A stretch of DNA of 64,000 nucleotides, taken from NCBI GenBank assembly GCA_965649765.1, contig OZ287749.1, forward strand, positions 97,154,001 to 97,218,000. The letters run 5' to 3'. Positions within the stretch are counted from its first letter, which is position 1. Every line of letters begins with the position of its first letter. Source of the DNA: Bispira polyomma. Taxonomy: Eukaryota. The notes beneath the pieces are model-generated. The model was not told the DNA's origin. It was given only the letters and a program-made list of their open reading frames with translations, and made no database searches. This document shows positions 26,963-40,104 of the stretch, piece after piece. The translations under genes were made by a program, and so were the position numbers.

Positions 26963-27337
26963 AGGAGCCTCAGTAGTGTATTAGTGGTGATACACTTGCC
27001 TCTCACCTCTCTTATGGCCTGGTATGTATGTGGGGAACTTGGCAGTAGACTTGCTGAAGGCCGGCGGTTTGCAGTGTAAAAACACAACATGCCATATACT
27101 GTTTTCCTCCACCAATACAGAGGTCCTCAGTGGCCGAGTGGTTGGCAAGTTTTGCATCTAATCACAGCCTGTCACCTCTGTGTGGGTTCGCCTCCCACAA
27201 GTGACAAATGCTGTGGCCCAATATTACCCTGGCTGTTGAACGAGATTTAAAACCCTCAACTTTGACTTTCCTCCACCAATACACTGGCCATCGTGATACA
27301 ATACTGAAAGCAACAGTAAGCTGAAAATAATTAAAAC
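26963..27337 (+). mobile_element. tRNA-derived SINE interrupted by a second SINE
   Basis: Core ttggcagtagacttgctgaaggccggcggttt...tttcctccaccaataca, resuming after the insert as ctggccatcgtgata...gaaagc. Confidence 0.75.
27120..27266 (+). mobile_element. Short (147-bp) tRNA-derived SINE nested in another SINE, 17-bp TSD
   Basis: Head gtcctcagtggccgagtggtt, B-box gtgggttcgcctccc, end gctgttgaacgagatttaaaac. Flanked by identical tttcctccaccaataca at 27103-27119 and 27267-27283. Confidence 0.85.
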
Positions 27338-28919
27338 CGACATGGTGTGTAGCACAATAGCTCCTTCAAAACCAAGATCACCCCACCTTTTTGGTTACAA
27401 AATCAAACTACAACAAAGACAGTACACCACATACAGAAATGGAGAAGACTGACAATAATACTACTTCTTTATTTTGCACAAAATTAAAAAAAAAAGTTGA
27501 GCAGTTTTTGATTGTCACGTGACTTTTCTTCTCTATTTTGTTCAGACGTTTTGTTACTTGAGTCTGTTGTCTATTGATATCTCCTCATCTCTCCTCCTCT
27601 CTCTACTCAGTGCACCACACAACAACAATTCATCACATGCTGGCTTTTACAATTTTGTCATCCTCATTCGATACCTTTAATAATATAACATCCATTGTCA
27701 GTTCCCCTCTTGTTTGGTCATGTTTTAATTCTGACAAAAGAGCAGAAGAAAATTTAAAATATCCCTTTTCGGTGAAATTAGCAATGAATGGTGATTCTAT
27801 AAAATCGTTGACAAAGCAGCCTGCCCCAAACATTGACATATAGAAGAATAGTGTATTATTTATTATTAACATGTGTACTTATTTAGCACAAAGTCTATAT
27901 CATAACACAACACACATATCAGATGGAATTCTTTAGGTTGATTAGTAAACTGGGTAGATATCAATTTACCGTTTTGGAGAGAATGTATTCAAAATATTGA
28001 CTCTCACATCACATGCATTTGCTGGTGAATACAATATGGAAAGAAAGTCATAATTAAAATTATATATACTGAAAAGATTTAATTTTGTCCCCCACAAAAT
28101 AAAAAGTATTAACAAGTAGAGTCTTTTTTAGCTGCATGAAGAAAAAAACAAGTGTGTGGCTCTTAATACGAAACTTCATTAAAACTTTGGTTAAATTAAT
28201 ATGGTACAACAAAAATGTCAAGAGAGGTCAGCTCAGTATTTCACAGATAAAAAACAAAAAAGGGCAGAAACGTCCTTCTGATTTCCCCATCTTCACATTA
28301 CTTTTGTTTCAAGGAGTTAATTTGTGGGCTGGTGTCATTTTCCAAATGTGTAAATGGTTTTGTCAGATGGGATTGAATGATTGCTGCAAGTTGAAATTGG
28401 TATGAAATATATATTTCCGACGACATATCAAGTTTCTCACAGTTCTACATTACCCCTATTTCATGTCTTCCCTTGAAACTGATCACATTTCATCAAATAT
28501 ATTACATCCACTCATCTTTCCTCTCCTCCACTATCAAATTTCCCATATTTTCAAAATTCCCCCATTCTTCTAGAATTCCTACCGCCCATGTGTTACACTT
28601 GTGAGTTAAATACGAAATAGGAAGAAACTGTTCGGGCAAAAATTCTTCTAACAATGTAGCATATTAAATATAACACCAAGTACAAAAAAAAAAAGAGATT
28701 CGAAAGTACAATGTGTCTGTTCATCTAGCCTTATTGGAGATTCTAGATTCATCGTTCATAAATAAATTCTTAATATTTTCTAGTTACCCTAAATGTGCAA
28801 TTGGATCACATAAGGAGGGAGCTGCACTAACTTTTCTATATACATGTTAAAGTTTACTGCAACTATCTGAGTAAGTAGGAAAGATCTTAAATGGTTACAT
28901 AATGGTACATGTACTATTA

Positions 28920-29250
28920 ACTGTGGTCTGGTGGTCAGAGTGTCTGACTTTGGAACTGAGGGTCCCAGGTTCGCTTAGGGCCGTTCCCTGCTAACCTGGA
29001 GGTTGTACCCTTGGACAAGGTGCTTTACAAAAAGTAGTACCTCTCTACCCAGGTGTATATATATGGGTACCTGGTTGCTAATCATGTCTGTGTTGGTCTG
29101 TGTGTGTCGTATATGACAGCATGGCTAGTTTGCTTCCTGTGGGAGCTGAGAGTGAACAATTGGTTGACAAGTGGAAGAACCCAAGCTGGGTGTTTCAAAT
29201 TGATGAATCCTCAATAAAGGTGATATCAGACTATAAGCATACACACATGA
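28920..29250 (+). mobile_element. CORE-like tRNA-derived SINE
   Basis: tRNA head gtggtctggtggtcagagtgtctgact...ccaggttcg, CORE-like gttgtacccttggacaaggtgctttac...ctctctacccaggtgtatat...atgggtacc, and an L2-like tail actataag. Confidence 0.65.
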
Positions 29251-29616
29251 ACATACACACATAATCCTACACATATTTAATTGGGTTCAAATCAAACTAT
29301 TGGCAAATTAGAGCCCCAAGCAAAGATTATTCACCAGACTACTCCCCGGCCCCACACGCCAGTGGCCATCACATCAGCGATGCATGTCCTCGTTCTGGCG
29401 GGGATTTGTTTATTTTGACTTGGGACTTATTTATCTTCAGGATCTGGCATTGTGTACATCCAGTAATCTCTACTAGCCCTCGCCCTACAGGAGGCCAAGT
29501 TTTATCTCCCAGCTTTATGCAAATGAGCTAACACCCCCCCCCCCCCGTCCCATTACAAAAGACCCAGCAAAAAAGCCACAGGGAAGTTTTAAATATGTTC
29601 TACACTTCGTAGTAGG

Positions 29617-29617
<1 letters not shown>

Positions 29618-29664
<47 letters not shown>
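29618..29664. repeat. (TA)n microsatellite
   Basis: Perfect TA run. Confidence 0.95.
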
Positions 29665-29666
<2 letters not shown>

Positions 29667-32600
29667 GCACGAGAGTTGAGTGAATATAAACTAGTCTCCA
29701 ATATTCAATATGGTGGAATTGATTTATTTTAATGGGAATTCTTTTTTTCACAGGCCAAAACACAAAATATGACCATCCGTGCGTGAGTTATAAACAAATG
29801 CCAAAATGAAATACATTCTCCCGCGAGAATACGATTGTTCGAAGGTGATTTTTTGAAATCGCCGCTCGGGGCCACTCTTTACTTTTGGAGGAGGTAAACG
29901 CCCCCTTGTGTTAAACCTCTTGGGACCATTAAAAGAGTGATGAAATCACCAAACATGCAAAAACAAATCACTCCCCCAAAAAGTGAAGAGAACGACTGAC
30001 TCTTGTTAAAACACTCCTAGACAGCTAATAAAACAAACATCTCATCGAGGTGACAATATTGAGAGGGGAAAATCACATCTATCGGGGGCTGGGTGGTATA
30101 ACTGGTATTTATTTTCTACTTGGAGTTAATTGAGAATGTACAAGATTGTCTATAATATTGGGTTAGAAATGTAGTGGATGCCACGTGATTGATTGTAGGC
30201 CATTAATATGTATATCCAATATGGTGGAATTCATTTATCAAAGGAATTTCTTCTTTCGGAGTTTTAATACCAAGGTGGTCGAGGGTATTTATTTCTGTTC
30301 AATATAATGGAAAAAACAAGTGATTAACAGTTAGTTATATTTACTAGAGAAAATGAAGCTTAATGAATGGGCCACTAAATTCCTGTAGAAATACCCAGAA
30401 AAACGAAATATATGAATGACATTTCTAGAGTTTTATAAGAGAAATACACTGGTGTACATATTTTTATATACAAAGTGAAAAACAGATATTGTAGTAACTT
30501 GTAACACCATGTGTCTTGTTTTACAAACTGTGAAAGAGGAATGGGAAAACCATAAACCCAAAAAATTAAAAAATAAAAACCTACTCTAAAAGTTATTAAT
30601 GAGCAGAATTTGGCAATGACATAAAAACAAAGTTTTTTTTTTTTTTTTGTTGGAAACCAGAGATACAACATGATTTAGCATATAAAGTTGTGCTAATGAG
30701 CTACATGACCATATGTTGTAGATCATCTCACAGACGTGTACAGAGCTCCTGTGGTTTTTTCCCCAACCCAAAACTGATCCCAGCCACCCTCCCTCCCCCT
30801 CTTTCCCCCTCCCTCCCAAATCTGGATAAAATCAAGAAGGACCTGCCTGTGGGAGGAGCAATTATTACAGACTATTGTTTCTGATTAGACCCCTATAGCC
30901 CCTACTTGGCATGTTTGCAGTACTTTTGGCACTTCCCTACTTGGCTCTCAAATCATAACTACAATAACACTGTCTATGTCTAACTGTGGATGTGTGTGGT
31001 GCAGTTATTACACATACTGATACTGGGTAATAAATGACTGGGTTTTGTTTTTGTATAGAAAAAAGGACATAATAAATTAAGAATGTATAACAGTTGGAAG
31101 GTGACCAACAGGAAAAATGATATAAGATGAAAATTTTTAAAAACAAAAATGGTAATAAATAGGATACAGGATTAAAAAAGTTTTATTATTAAAGCAAATA
31201 TTGTATAACTATTGAACAATTTCATGTATTAAGTTATTTACATGCCCTTAAAAAATAATCATAATTCTTTAAGAAAAAGTTCTTTATGAGATGTCATCAA
31301 TTTCTTTTAAAAGTTTTATAATTATATACATGGAGGACATACGAGTATTTTTTCCATATCTTGAAAAGACCAAAACTTAAGGCGGGGAATAAAGTCCATA
31401 TATATCAATAATATAGTTAATTTAAAAGAATTGTCTTCCAACAAAATATCATATCGAATAAATTGTGTAATATATACTTCTGGTATCGAGTTATGTGAAA
31501 TCTTAACCGAGCCTCCCAATTCCCAATTGCCAGATGAGTTGTTGTCCAAGGTATACACTTGTCTGAGTATTGTGTGTATATATATACAAGCAGGTCTAGT
31601 CTGTTAATATCTCTGGCTTCAGGAGAAAGTAGTATATCAGTAATAAGACAGTATCCAGAGGTCTGGGAGATAAGAGAGAGACTATCTTTCCAGTGTGATA
31701 ACTCAGTACTTTAGGTGTTATGGGGGGGGGGGGGGGGGGGAGGCGGGGGAGATACAGGTCTGTGACGTCACCAAAACTATATGATGTACAGAAGAGAGTC
31801 TATAGACTAGTTGGAGTACTTGTTGTTTGTGACTTTAGTTATTTATCACTTATTATATCACTAGTAGTTTTAGTACTCCTTTTTCCGGGAAATGAAGATA
31901 ATCTGTAAAGATAATGAATGCTCCCTCAGTACACATAAGTAAATCACTAGACAGGATAGATAGGAATATAAAGCTATGTGAGGTTAGTTAGGGGTAAAAA
32001 ATAAATGCTTTTCTAATATTTAAAAGAATAAATGCCACCGGTTTAAGATGTGTGTAGATGTGAAGGGTTTTGGCCGATGGTTTGTGTAGCATTTTTATTT
32101 AAAAATAGTTTTAACTCTAATTTCCCACATCACTTCTAATAAATGTTATTTTAAGATTTATTATTCAAAATTCCTGTGCTATTTTGAGGGATTTGTATAA
32201 AGAATTAAAGTAAGCTCTTGTGCCTTTTAAAAAAGTTCTTTTTAAATTTGTTTTTAATCTTAGCATGAAACTATATGAGCTATAAGTAGGAAATCAGCTC
32301 TCAGTGATCACCTCTACTCATATAGCCAGCCATTCAGCTAGCCATACACCTAGTCTCTCCTTGTCAAACACACATATACACACACACTCGCAAATTCCTG
32401 GTAACATCTGGGTTACGATCTCCTCCTGATACGGCCGTGTTTTGGGTGAGTTGGAAGGCCCTCCGAGGATACACAAAAAAAAAACCCAAAAAAAACTGGC
32501 GGCCGTCTGTACACACACAGAGGTAGAGATCAAACCTCAACACACAACACTGGATACCTCTGAAGATGCTACCCAGCAAAAACACAGGTCCTCCCTCATC

Positions 32601-35600
32601 CCCCTCTCCCCATCCTCTTTCTGGGGAGTTTATAAAAATACCAGAAAACAACACAATAACAAAACAACCTTATGTTCAGAGATCAATCCCACACACGTAA
32701 AGAAAGGGAAAAGAATCTAGGGGTGATGGCTAAATATAAAAACAGTGTAAGGGCTCTTAAACTGTCCTTGTTGTCTATGCATGTGTGGGAAGTTTTTTGT
32801 AGAAAACCAATTTCCTGCAAAAAAATAAAAAAAAATGTAAAAATGTTTTGAGTGCAAAGTGAAATACCAAAGGGGTTGTTGCACTAAGGCAGAGATATGA
32901 CATTGCATCTCCCTTATAATAAATAAACTGATTTACACACCTACACACCTTGGACTAAAATACGGCAGGGAGGTTTGTTACTAAATAAAAAAGATGTCCT
33001 TTCCTAAACTTTTGTACAATACAAAATGTGGGTTATCTAGACACATAAATACATATCTCATTTCACGAGCTGTAGTGGGGGAGATAATGGCTGTGTGTGT
33101 ACACGTCTGTGTGTGTGTGTATATGTATATATATCCACTGGATGAAAAAGTTAGACAAGAAAGAGAAAGTTCTTTGTATGGGGGGGGGGGGGGGGGGGGA
33201 GGTGTGATGATAATAGAAGTTGTCAGCCAGAAAAGGACCGTACCAGGTACGACCACTCACCGACTGGGCCCGCCGGAATGTTTCCGTGCGTACACACGGC
33301 AAACACAACCACGCTTTTCACAGTAACAATAAAAACAGCAGTAACTACTCAGCAATAGTGTAGCAGTCAGTGTGTGTGTGTGTGGAGATATGTATGTACA
33401 GTAACAGCTCAACTACTTGATTACTGTTACAAGTCTGAAAGGTGAGGTAGGGGGGAGGGGGGAGATAATAGTAGCCTGATGTGAAGGCTCAAGTTTTACC
33501 CTTCGGAAAGTCTTTGACAGTTCTTCTCTACCTTGCTTCTCTCATTTGTTTCAGCATCCTGAAGAGAGGTAATTAGTAGAATTGATGTTTCTTCCGGTAA
33601 ACCTACTAAGAAGGCAGAATCTAGAAATTTCACCATAGCAGCCCTCATGAATTTGGTAGAGTTTTTCTCAGTGAGCTAAGATTACTAGAAACAATTACCA
33701 GTTTTAGGGGAAAAAATTAAAAGCTACCTTTTTAACCCCCTTGTTTCCCTCCTGTACACCCCTACATCCTTCCTTATGACCTGGCTATGTTTATGGATGT
33801 TGCAGTTGGTAAATTGATTTTGATGTTGTGCTTTTAGAAGATGCCTCATACTAATAAGGAGAGTTAAAAGCATAATACACTACAATCAACGTAGGATAAG
33901 GTACTCGTTCAGGTAATAGTGCAAGAAGACTTGTGTTCTCATCAAAAAGAGAGATTTCTATGTCGGAAATACACATACATAAATCTAAACACGCAAGGAG
34001 GCATTATATTTCATTCAAGTTTGTTGTCAGATAACTGTAAGCATCAATTTTGAATTTAGTTATTTTTTTTTTTTACGGCGCTTTCAACAGCTTCGGTCAT
34101 AATCTTGATAACTTTCAAGGCCTGAATATGTTATATAGAATAATACTAGAGCCTTTAAACCCAGGCTACATAGATATAAATACACCAACCCATAAAGAGA
34201 TAAAGCAGACAATGATATGTATTATTTACATAATACAACATAAGAGTGATTACAACAGGCGGCTCGCCGATGAGAAGAAAAAATATATGGGCGGGACGAA
34301 AGACTGATGCCGGAGAAATCCGATCGCTCCCGACGCATGCCATATCTGACGCGGGTGACGTTCAGTATCTCGGGGTACCGTTCGCGGCCGTATCGCCGAC
34401 ATGTGTCGGAACGTCAAACTAATAACTAGAGTGATGTGATAGTATTATATAGTATTTGTATAGGTGTGTGTATTTTTCTACTTAAATATTTGTGCTGATT
34501 TGTTGATTCTTTTTTTAGAAAGAAAATTGATAAAAATTTCTAAAACCGAAATAGTTATAGGGATATTAGTTAAACCTTAATCTTAGATGTTTCAAATGGC
34601 TTTTTTGTTTCAGAATTATCTTTTTTATCTATCAGGTATATATATTTCCATATATTTCTTATCTCGAACATTAAAAGATATTAGGAGTTATAAAAAAAGT
34701 AGCCATTAGCTAAATAAAGCAATGAAAAAAGTTTATACAACTTTCCCGGCGGCTTTTATTTTTAGCCGCCTTATCTGGGGAGATTTTTGTTGGGGAATTC
34801 TGGAGGCCTCTGATTATAAGAACCGACTTGATTTCCTTGTTGTGGAAAAAATACTTCTCTAACTGCTTTTAGTCTGTTCTTTTGATGTGTAGGAAACAAT
34901 AATTGCATTTCTGCCACCTTGCATTGCACTTTTCTCCTGTTTCTTCTCTGTTTACTCCAGCAAAACAGAAAATCATTTACAAAACAGGTACTAACTAGAT
35001 AAAAATGATATGTGAGAGTAATGTTTTTTTGCAAATTAGGAAAACAAGTGCTGATTATATTTTAAGTAAAAATATGGTGTACTATATTTATTATATAGCT
35101 AACTTTGCATTCTAATTAAACATTAAAGATATGTTTTAAAAACCCAAACAATTCGTGGATCTTTTAAGCACTGTACTAAACATGCCACAAAACAACACAC
35201 ACACACATAATGCACACTTCTTTTAATACACCTTTTACCTTTCTATAAATTAGATCAGAAAACACATTCATTTCTCTCTTGTCTAATTTCAAAATGATTT
35301 TATGGATGAATTTTGATTTTTTTTTTCCTTGTTTAAAAAAGAAACTTTTCTTAAATTCCCCTTGATTTGAATTCAATGAAGTCAGATTTTGAAAAGAGAG
35401 AGAGAGATGCAGACCTTTCAAAGGTGATCTATGGTTTCTTTGTGAGCCTAGGTTCCTTGTCTCCGCCGTCATTGATTACACATAAATAGACCTCCCTCCA
35501 TTTGACAACTATCAACTGTAGCCTTTATCTATACTCATGGAGCACGTGCTTGTGTACATTTATACATATACATATATATATATATATACAACAAAACCCT

Positions 35601-36469
35601 TTTTGTTATACTGTTGTGAACCTTATGGGAGTTTGGTTTTTATTTTAAACTTTAAACAAAAATAAAAAGGAAGAGAATGAAAAGAAATGTATCATCTATG
35701 TCATTGTGAGGGCGACATGTTTTACACAATTTTTTATTTTTTGTGTTTACTTGATATTATTGTAAAACTAGGCCCTATCTCTCTTTTTAAGTTTTTTTTT
35801 TAAAACTCTAATAAAGGAAGTACAGAGCTTTAATTGGTGTTTCAGCTTGTTACATTGTGTAAATACACTCCCAGCTGTGGTCCTGTTCTATAGTTGTTTT
35901 ATAGTCAGAAATCAAGTAATCATAATTATTTAGAAGAAAAGATTCTACCTCTACCAAAACAAAAGTTTAGGTTTACCTTTCATGGAAGTAAAGAAAATTA
36001 TATAAAAATAAAATCAGAACTTTAAAATTGTGTACTCAATAAAAATCTACATTGAGTGTAAACAAAATATGGTAGCATCCTTTATACAATGGCTGTATAT
36101 AATCTTGTGTTACACTCTATATTCCTCCACTTCAACTTTCGTATATCTTAAATACTGATCTATACTATTTAGTATAGATGTTCACAAAAACGAAAGTCAT
36201 CCAGTGTTAGTGATCAGAACCATTAATATGTTTACATAACTTAACCATTAATAACATGTCAAGTCTAAAAATTGTGATATCATAATGTTTAAAATCTTCA
36301 ATTATAGAGGTAAATGTGTTAGTAAATGTACTATTTATTCCCACAGGCTTTACTTTATATTTTACTTCCAAATTTGAAACACAATACATGGATCATTTAT
36401 TCAAACTTAGTGGTCTTATTTCCAGAAATTCATCACACCCGCCTCCTACCTACACGATCCCGGTTTGAT

Positions 36470-36625
36470 TTTCCGCAGTTACTTACACATGGTTGCTGGG
36501 TTTCTAGTGTGGAATCTTAACTAACTAGTATACGGTGGCTTCCTCCAACACTGAAACAACCCGTCAAGATATGACCTATACAATGCGTTGAAAGTGACGT
36601 TAAACTCCAAATCAAAATCAGATTA
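36470..36625 (+). mobile_element. SINE 3' portion
   Basis: ggcttcctccaacactgaaac...gatatgacc...gttgaaagtgacgttaaac followed by a caaatcaaaatca tail. Confidence 0.7.
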
Positions 36626-38345
36626 AAATCCAGGAATTTATGCATGATGTGTTATTAAACATAGACTCCCCTAGGCCTGGCCTTGAATACACTAGGAGCA
36701 AGGACAAGTTCATTTTACAGCAATAAGAAGAACTAGAACAAGATTCTAAACATTGATTAGTCACACATTAAGCTTTCAAAAGGTCACCAATCCATTCAAC
36801 GTCTGCAGGTGTAATTAAAATAAGACAGACGTAATTTTTTTAAATGCTAGATACAATGTTTGTTGTTTCTTTTATAATATTTCAATGTTTACAGTGGTTG
36901 CCACTAAAGTGTAACATGTTTTACCCATTTATTACATCATTATTTCCATTGCTTTAAAAACAGACAGCCACATAAATGTGTGACTTGGTTCTTTCTATGT
37001 ACAAAGGCTTATCTTAATTTATCATTACTCAACACACAAACACTGAAATGAAGTATTAAACAGTAAATTAGAAAATAATTAGAAACCGGTGTTTTGAAAT
37101 ATGCATTTAAAATCATAGCCTCTCTATGAGTGAATGAATAAATTTAAAAAAAATCTATCTAAGTATAGGTAAATTAAAATATTTCTCCCAATGTTTTTTT
37201 CTCTATGCAATTCTCCAGTTTTCTATCATGTGTAGTTGTGTCTCTTAGAAAATACAAAGAGAGTTTGAGAAAGGCTAGATGGAAGCTTAGTGAAGGAATA
37301 GTTCATGTTAAGAGATAAGTAATCATATGTAAAAAATTACAACAAAAAATGACAGTTTAATAATGAAGATGTTTCATTTAACAGACATCGTGACTTGTCT
37401 GAGTAATAAAATACTCGTTTTAGCTGGTAATGCCAATGCCCCTATTTAAATGTGCTGTATAGTGGATGGAACTCATAATTTACGCTCTTATGAAAATCCT
37501 ATACCTCAGATTAATGAGGTTTCAGGCTCATTCATCTTATTCTGCAGTGTGTTGATTCATACATGTGCTATATAGATGCTTTTAGACATGTTCAATGTTT
37601 AGATACACACTACTGCTAGTTAACACTTTCAAAACCTGGGTCTATGATCTATGTATACGAGATGACTTCAGTCAGACTAGTTTGACCTGTAGGTCACCAT
37701 AGCTGAAGACAGTTTTATCAGAAGAAATCAAAAGATCTCAGCTTGATGTTATAAGTTGTTGACAATTTACATTCAATATTAGTCCAATGCTTCATAATGC
37801 ATGAAGTTGTATGATGTGTTATGCTTCTGATTTGGCAAAATTAAAATAATACAAAGATGTAATAACATTTTATCACTTGTAAGGGTCAACGACAGCAACT
37901 AATAATCCATGCACTTGTAAAAATCAATTGTATATATTACCAGTTATGTAAGAGTACATCTGTAATGATGATTTTATATACCTATTGAAAAACAGTGGTA
38001 TTATTGTTCATTGATAATTCATTCAATAAAAACATTTTCTGAGTGTATGAGAAAACTTACAACCTATCTCGTCAAACTGATTTACTCCTCTTGAGTCATT
38101 CCCTGTACACACCCCACATCTTTCCATACAACCTGACTATGTTTTTAGGAACTTCTCTATTAGTTAATTGATTCTGCTGTTGCGCATTAGAAGATGCCTC
38201 GCATCAATGAGGCATGTTGAAAATGCAAAGTACCATACAATTAATGTGTTTGATTGGTGTTTTAAAGCCATTGTATTTTACATATTGCCTGTACTATTTG
38301 TGTTCTAGGGACACTGTATTTATTTTAATGTTATTTGTGTTGTAG

Positions 38346-38799
38346 GGATGGGTCACATGACCACAGCGGTATGAGTGATCCCAAGGACGAGCCGGGATCC
38401 CCTGATGATATGGATCTTAATGGACACTCAAAACTGGACCCAGATTCCCCTCACCAGCCCTCCATGTTCACAGACCTCAAAGATAACAGCACTTCAACCA
38501 TTGGTGGTGGCGGTGGTGGTGGACACCATCACGGCTTGCCTGGCAATGCCATGGGTCTGGCGGGGATGGGACTACCGCACCACCATCTACAGCAGCAGCC
38601 GCAACAACAGCAGCCGCAACATCCGCATCACCAGCCACAGCAGCATCCGCACCAGCCACACCACCAACACCATCCACATCACCACCTTCATCACCCACAT
38701 CACCCAGATGGACACCACCCAACCGGCGGACATCCAGTTGGCTTAAACAGTGACACTAGTGATTTTGGCAGTTCCTTGTCTGACTACCAGACTTTGTGA
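38346..38799 (+). CDS. Six1/2: Six1/2 coding exon 2 (low-complexity Gly/His/Gln/Pro-rich C-terminus)
   Basis: Acceptor ttatttgtgttgtAG|G at 38344-38345. The phase-2 join AG+G=Arg gives ...AESKER|DGSHDHSG... in frame to TGA 38797-38799. GC-rich, codon-like island in AT-rich DNA. Total CDS 629+454=1083 nt, 360 aa. Confidence 0.9.
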
Positions 38800-38825
38800 T
38801 TTTGTTGACTGTTCTGCTAAATGTT

Positions 38826-38848
38826 ACACACACACACACACACACACA
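38826..38848. repeat. (CA)n microsatellite at the start of the Six1/2 3' UTR
   Basis: Perfect AC run beginning 27 bp after the stop codon. Confidence 0.9.
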
Positions 38849-40084
38849 TTTTCACATAAGTTCTTGTGTTTCATTGGATCTGTAGCAAAATATAACCACA
38901 TAACAGAGGGGGGGTGAACTCTATACTCCCATGTGATCCAAATCTCTGACATCATCATTTTACAGAAAATCATTGGAAATTTTATGTACTCTTTGTTAAT
39001 TTAAGGTTTTTACTATAAAGTTTGGTACCTATACACAGTTTTCATAGTGATGAACTCAGTTAATTGTTCAAAATTGACCGAAATATAATTTGATAGCCAT
39101 CTATGTTGTCAACTAGATATAGACAAAGACATACACAGCTCTCCGGTTATTGACAGACCTATAGTCTAATCATGTGTGTAGTATTTTAATATGTTAATAA
39201 TATTGTTACTCAATAATGAGCCTATCAGTCCCAGTGCTATAAATAGAATTATTAGTGTATGGAAGCCTCTTGTGGTTCACTACGTGTTATTATACGCTTA
39301 CGTGTGTGTGTTTTTGTTTTGTAATCCACACTTGTATATTTGATATTTGAAAGAAAAGGTACATAGGAAAAAAAGATATTATTTAAACAAGATATTTAGT
39401 TAATATATATATATAACAATATATATTAGTTGCCTTGTTCTAATGTATGTACTGTTATGATGTTGTTGTCTCAGAATGTTATGCTTTATGACTACAGTTA
39501 AATATTTTTAATTCATTCAAAATATTTTATATAATAGATATGAATTTAGATATTTTCAATTATAGATGAATGTTGGTGGTTTTGTTATTTTTTTTTTTTT
39601 TTGTAAACCCAAAGTGGGTGATGTCATCAGTAAATAATGTGTTTTTGTATTTTGTGGGTAGAAGAGTTTACTACAGCTCTCTTCAACATAGTCTTTGTTG
39701 TACATTGTAACATGTAACTAATTGTTGACTTATTTAAGCTGTTTTGGGAGGTAATGTCTCAAGTTTTATTTGTCTATCACAAAAACATTTACACATAAAT
39801 GATATCAGTGGACATCAAGTATACAGTATACAAGATGAGTGTCCTATAAATGGCAATATAGCCCACTAGAAACTGTTGGTTTGTAAAGGCCTGTGATCTG
39901 GATACTCTTTCCCTTTACTCTATAGTGTATGTAATCATATATATATCATTCTAAGCTGATTGGTTCTAGATAATATCCCCAGCCAGAGATGGATTTCACT
40001 GTTTGTGTAATAGAAATGGACTTCTTTGTATAGCCATTGTACTCTCTTTCAAAACTAAAATGGCATCTGTAATTCTATATTTTG

Positions 40085-40104
40085 ATTAAAGTCTCAGCAA
40101 TAAA
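40085..40104 (+). terminator. Candidate polyadenylation signals of Six1/2 (3' UTR ~38800-40125)
   Basis: ATTAAA at 40085-40090 and AATAAA at 40099-40104, the first canonical hexamer I can find after the stop. The intervening sequence is U/UG-rich and UTR-like. Confidence 0.5.

Noticed and set aside
27120-27200. tRNA-like A/B boxes here and at 5491, 6458, 28920, ~49385-49450 and 61440-61573
   Set aside because: No complete cloverleaf, and they continue into SINE bodies; these are SINE heads, not tRNA genes.
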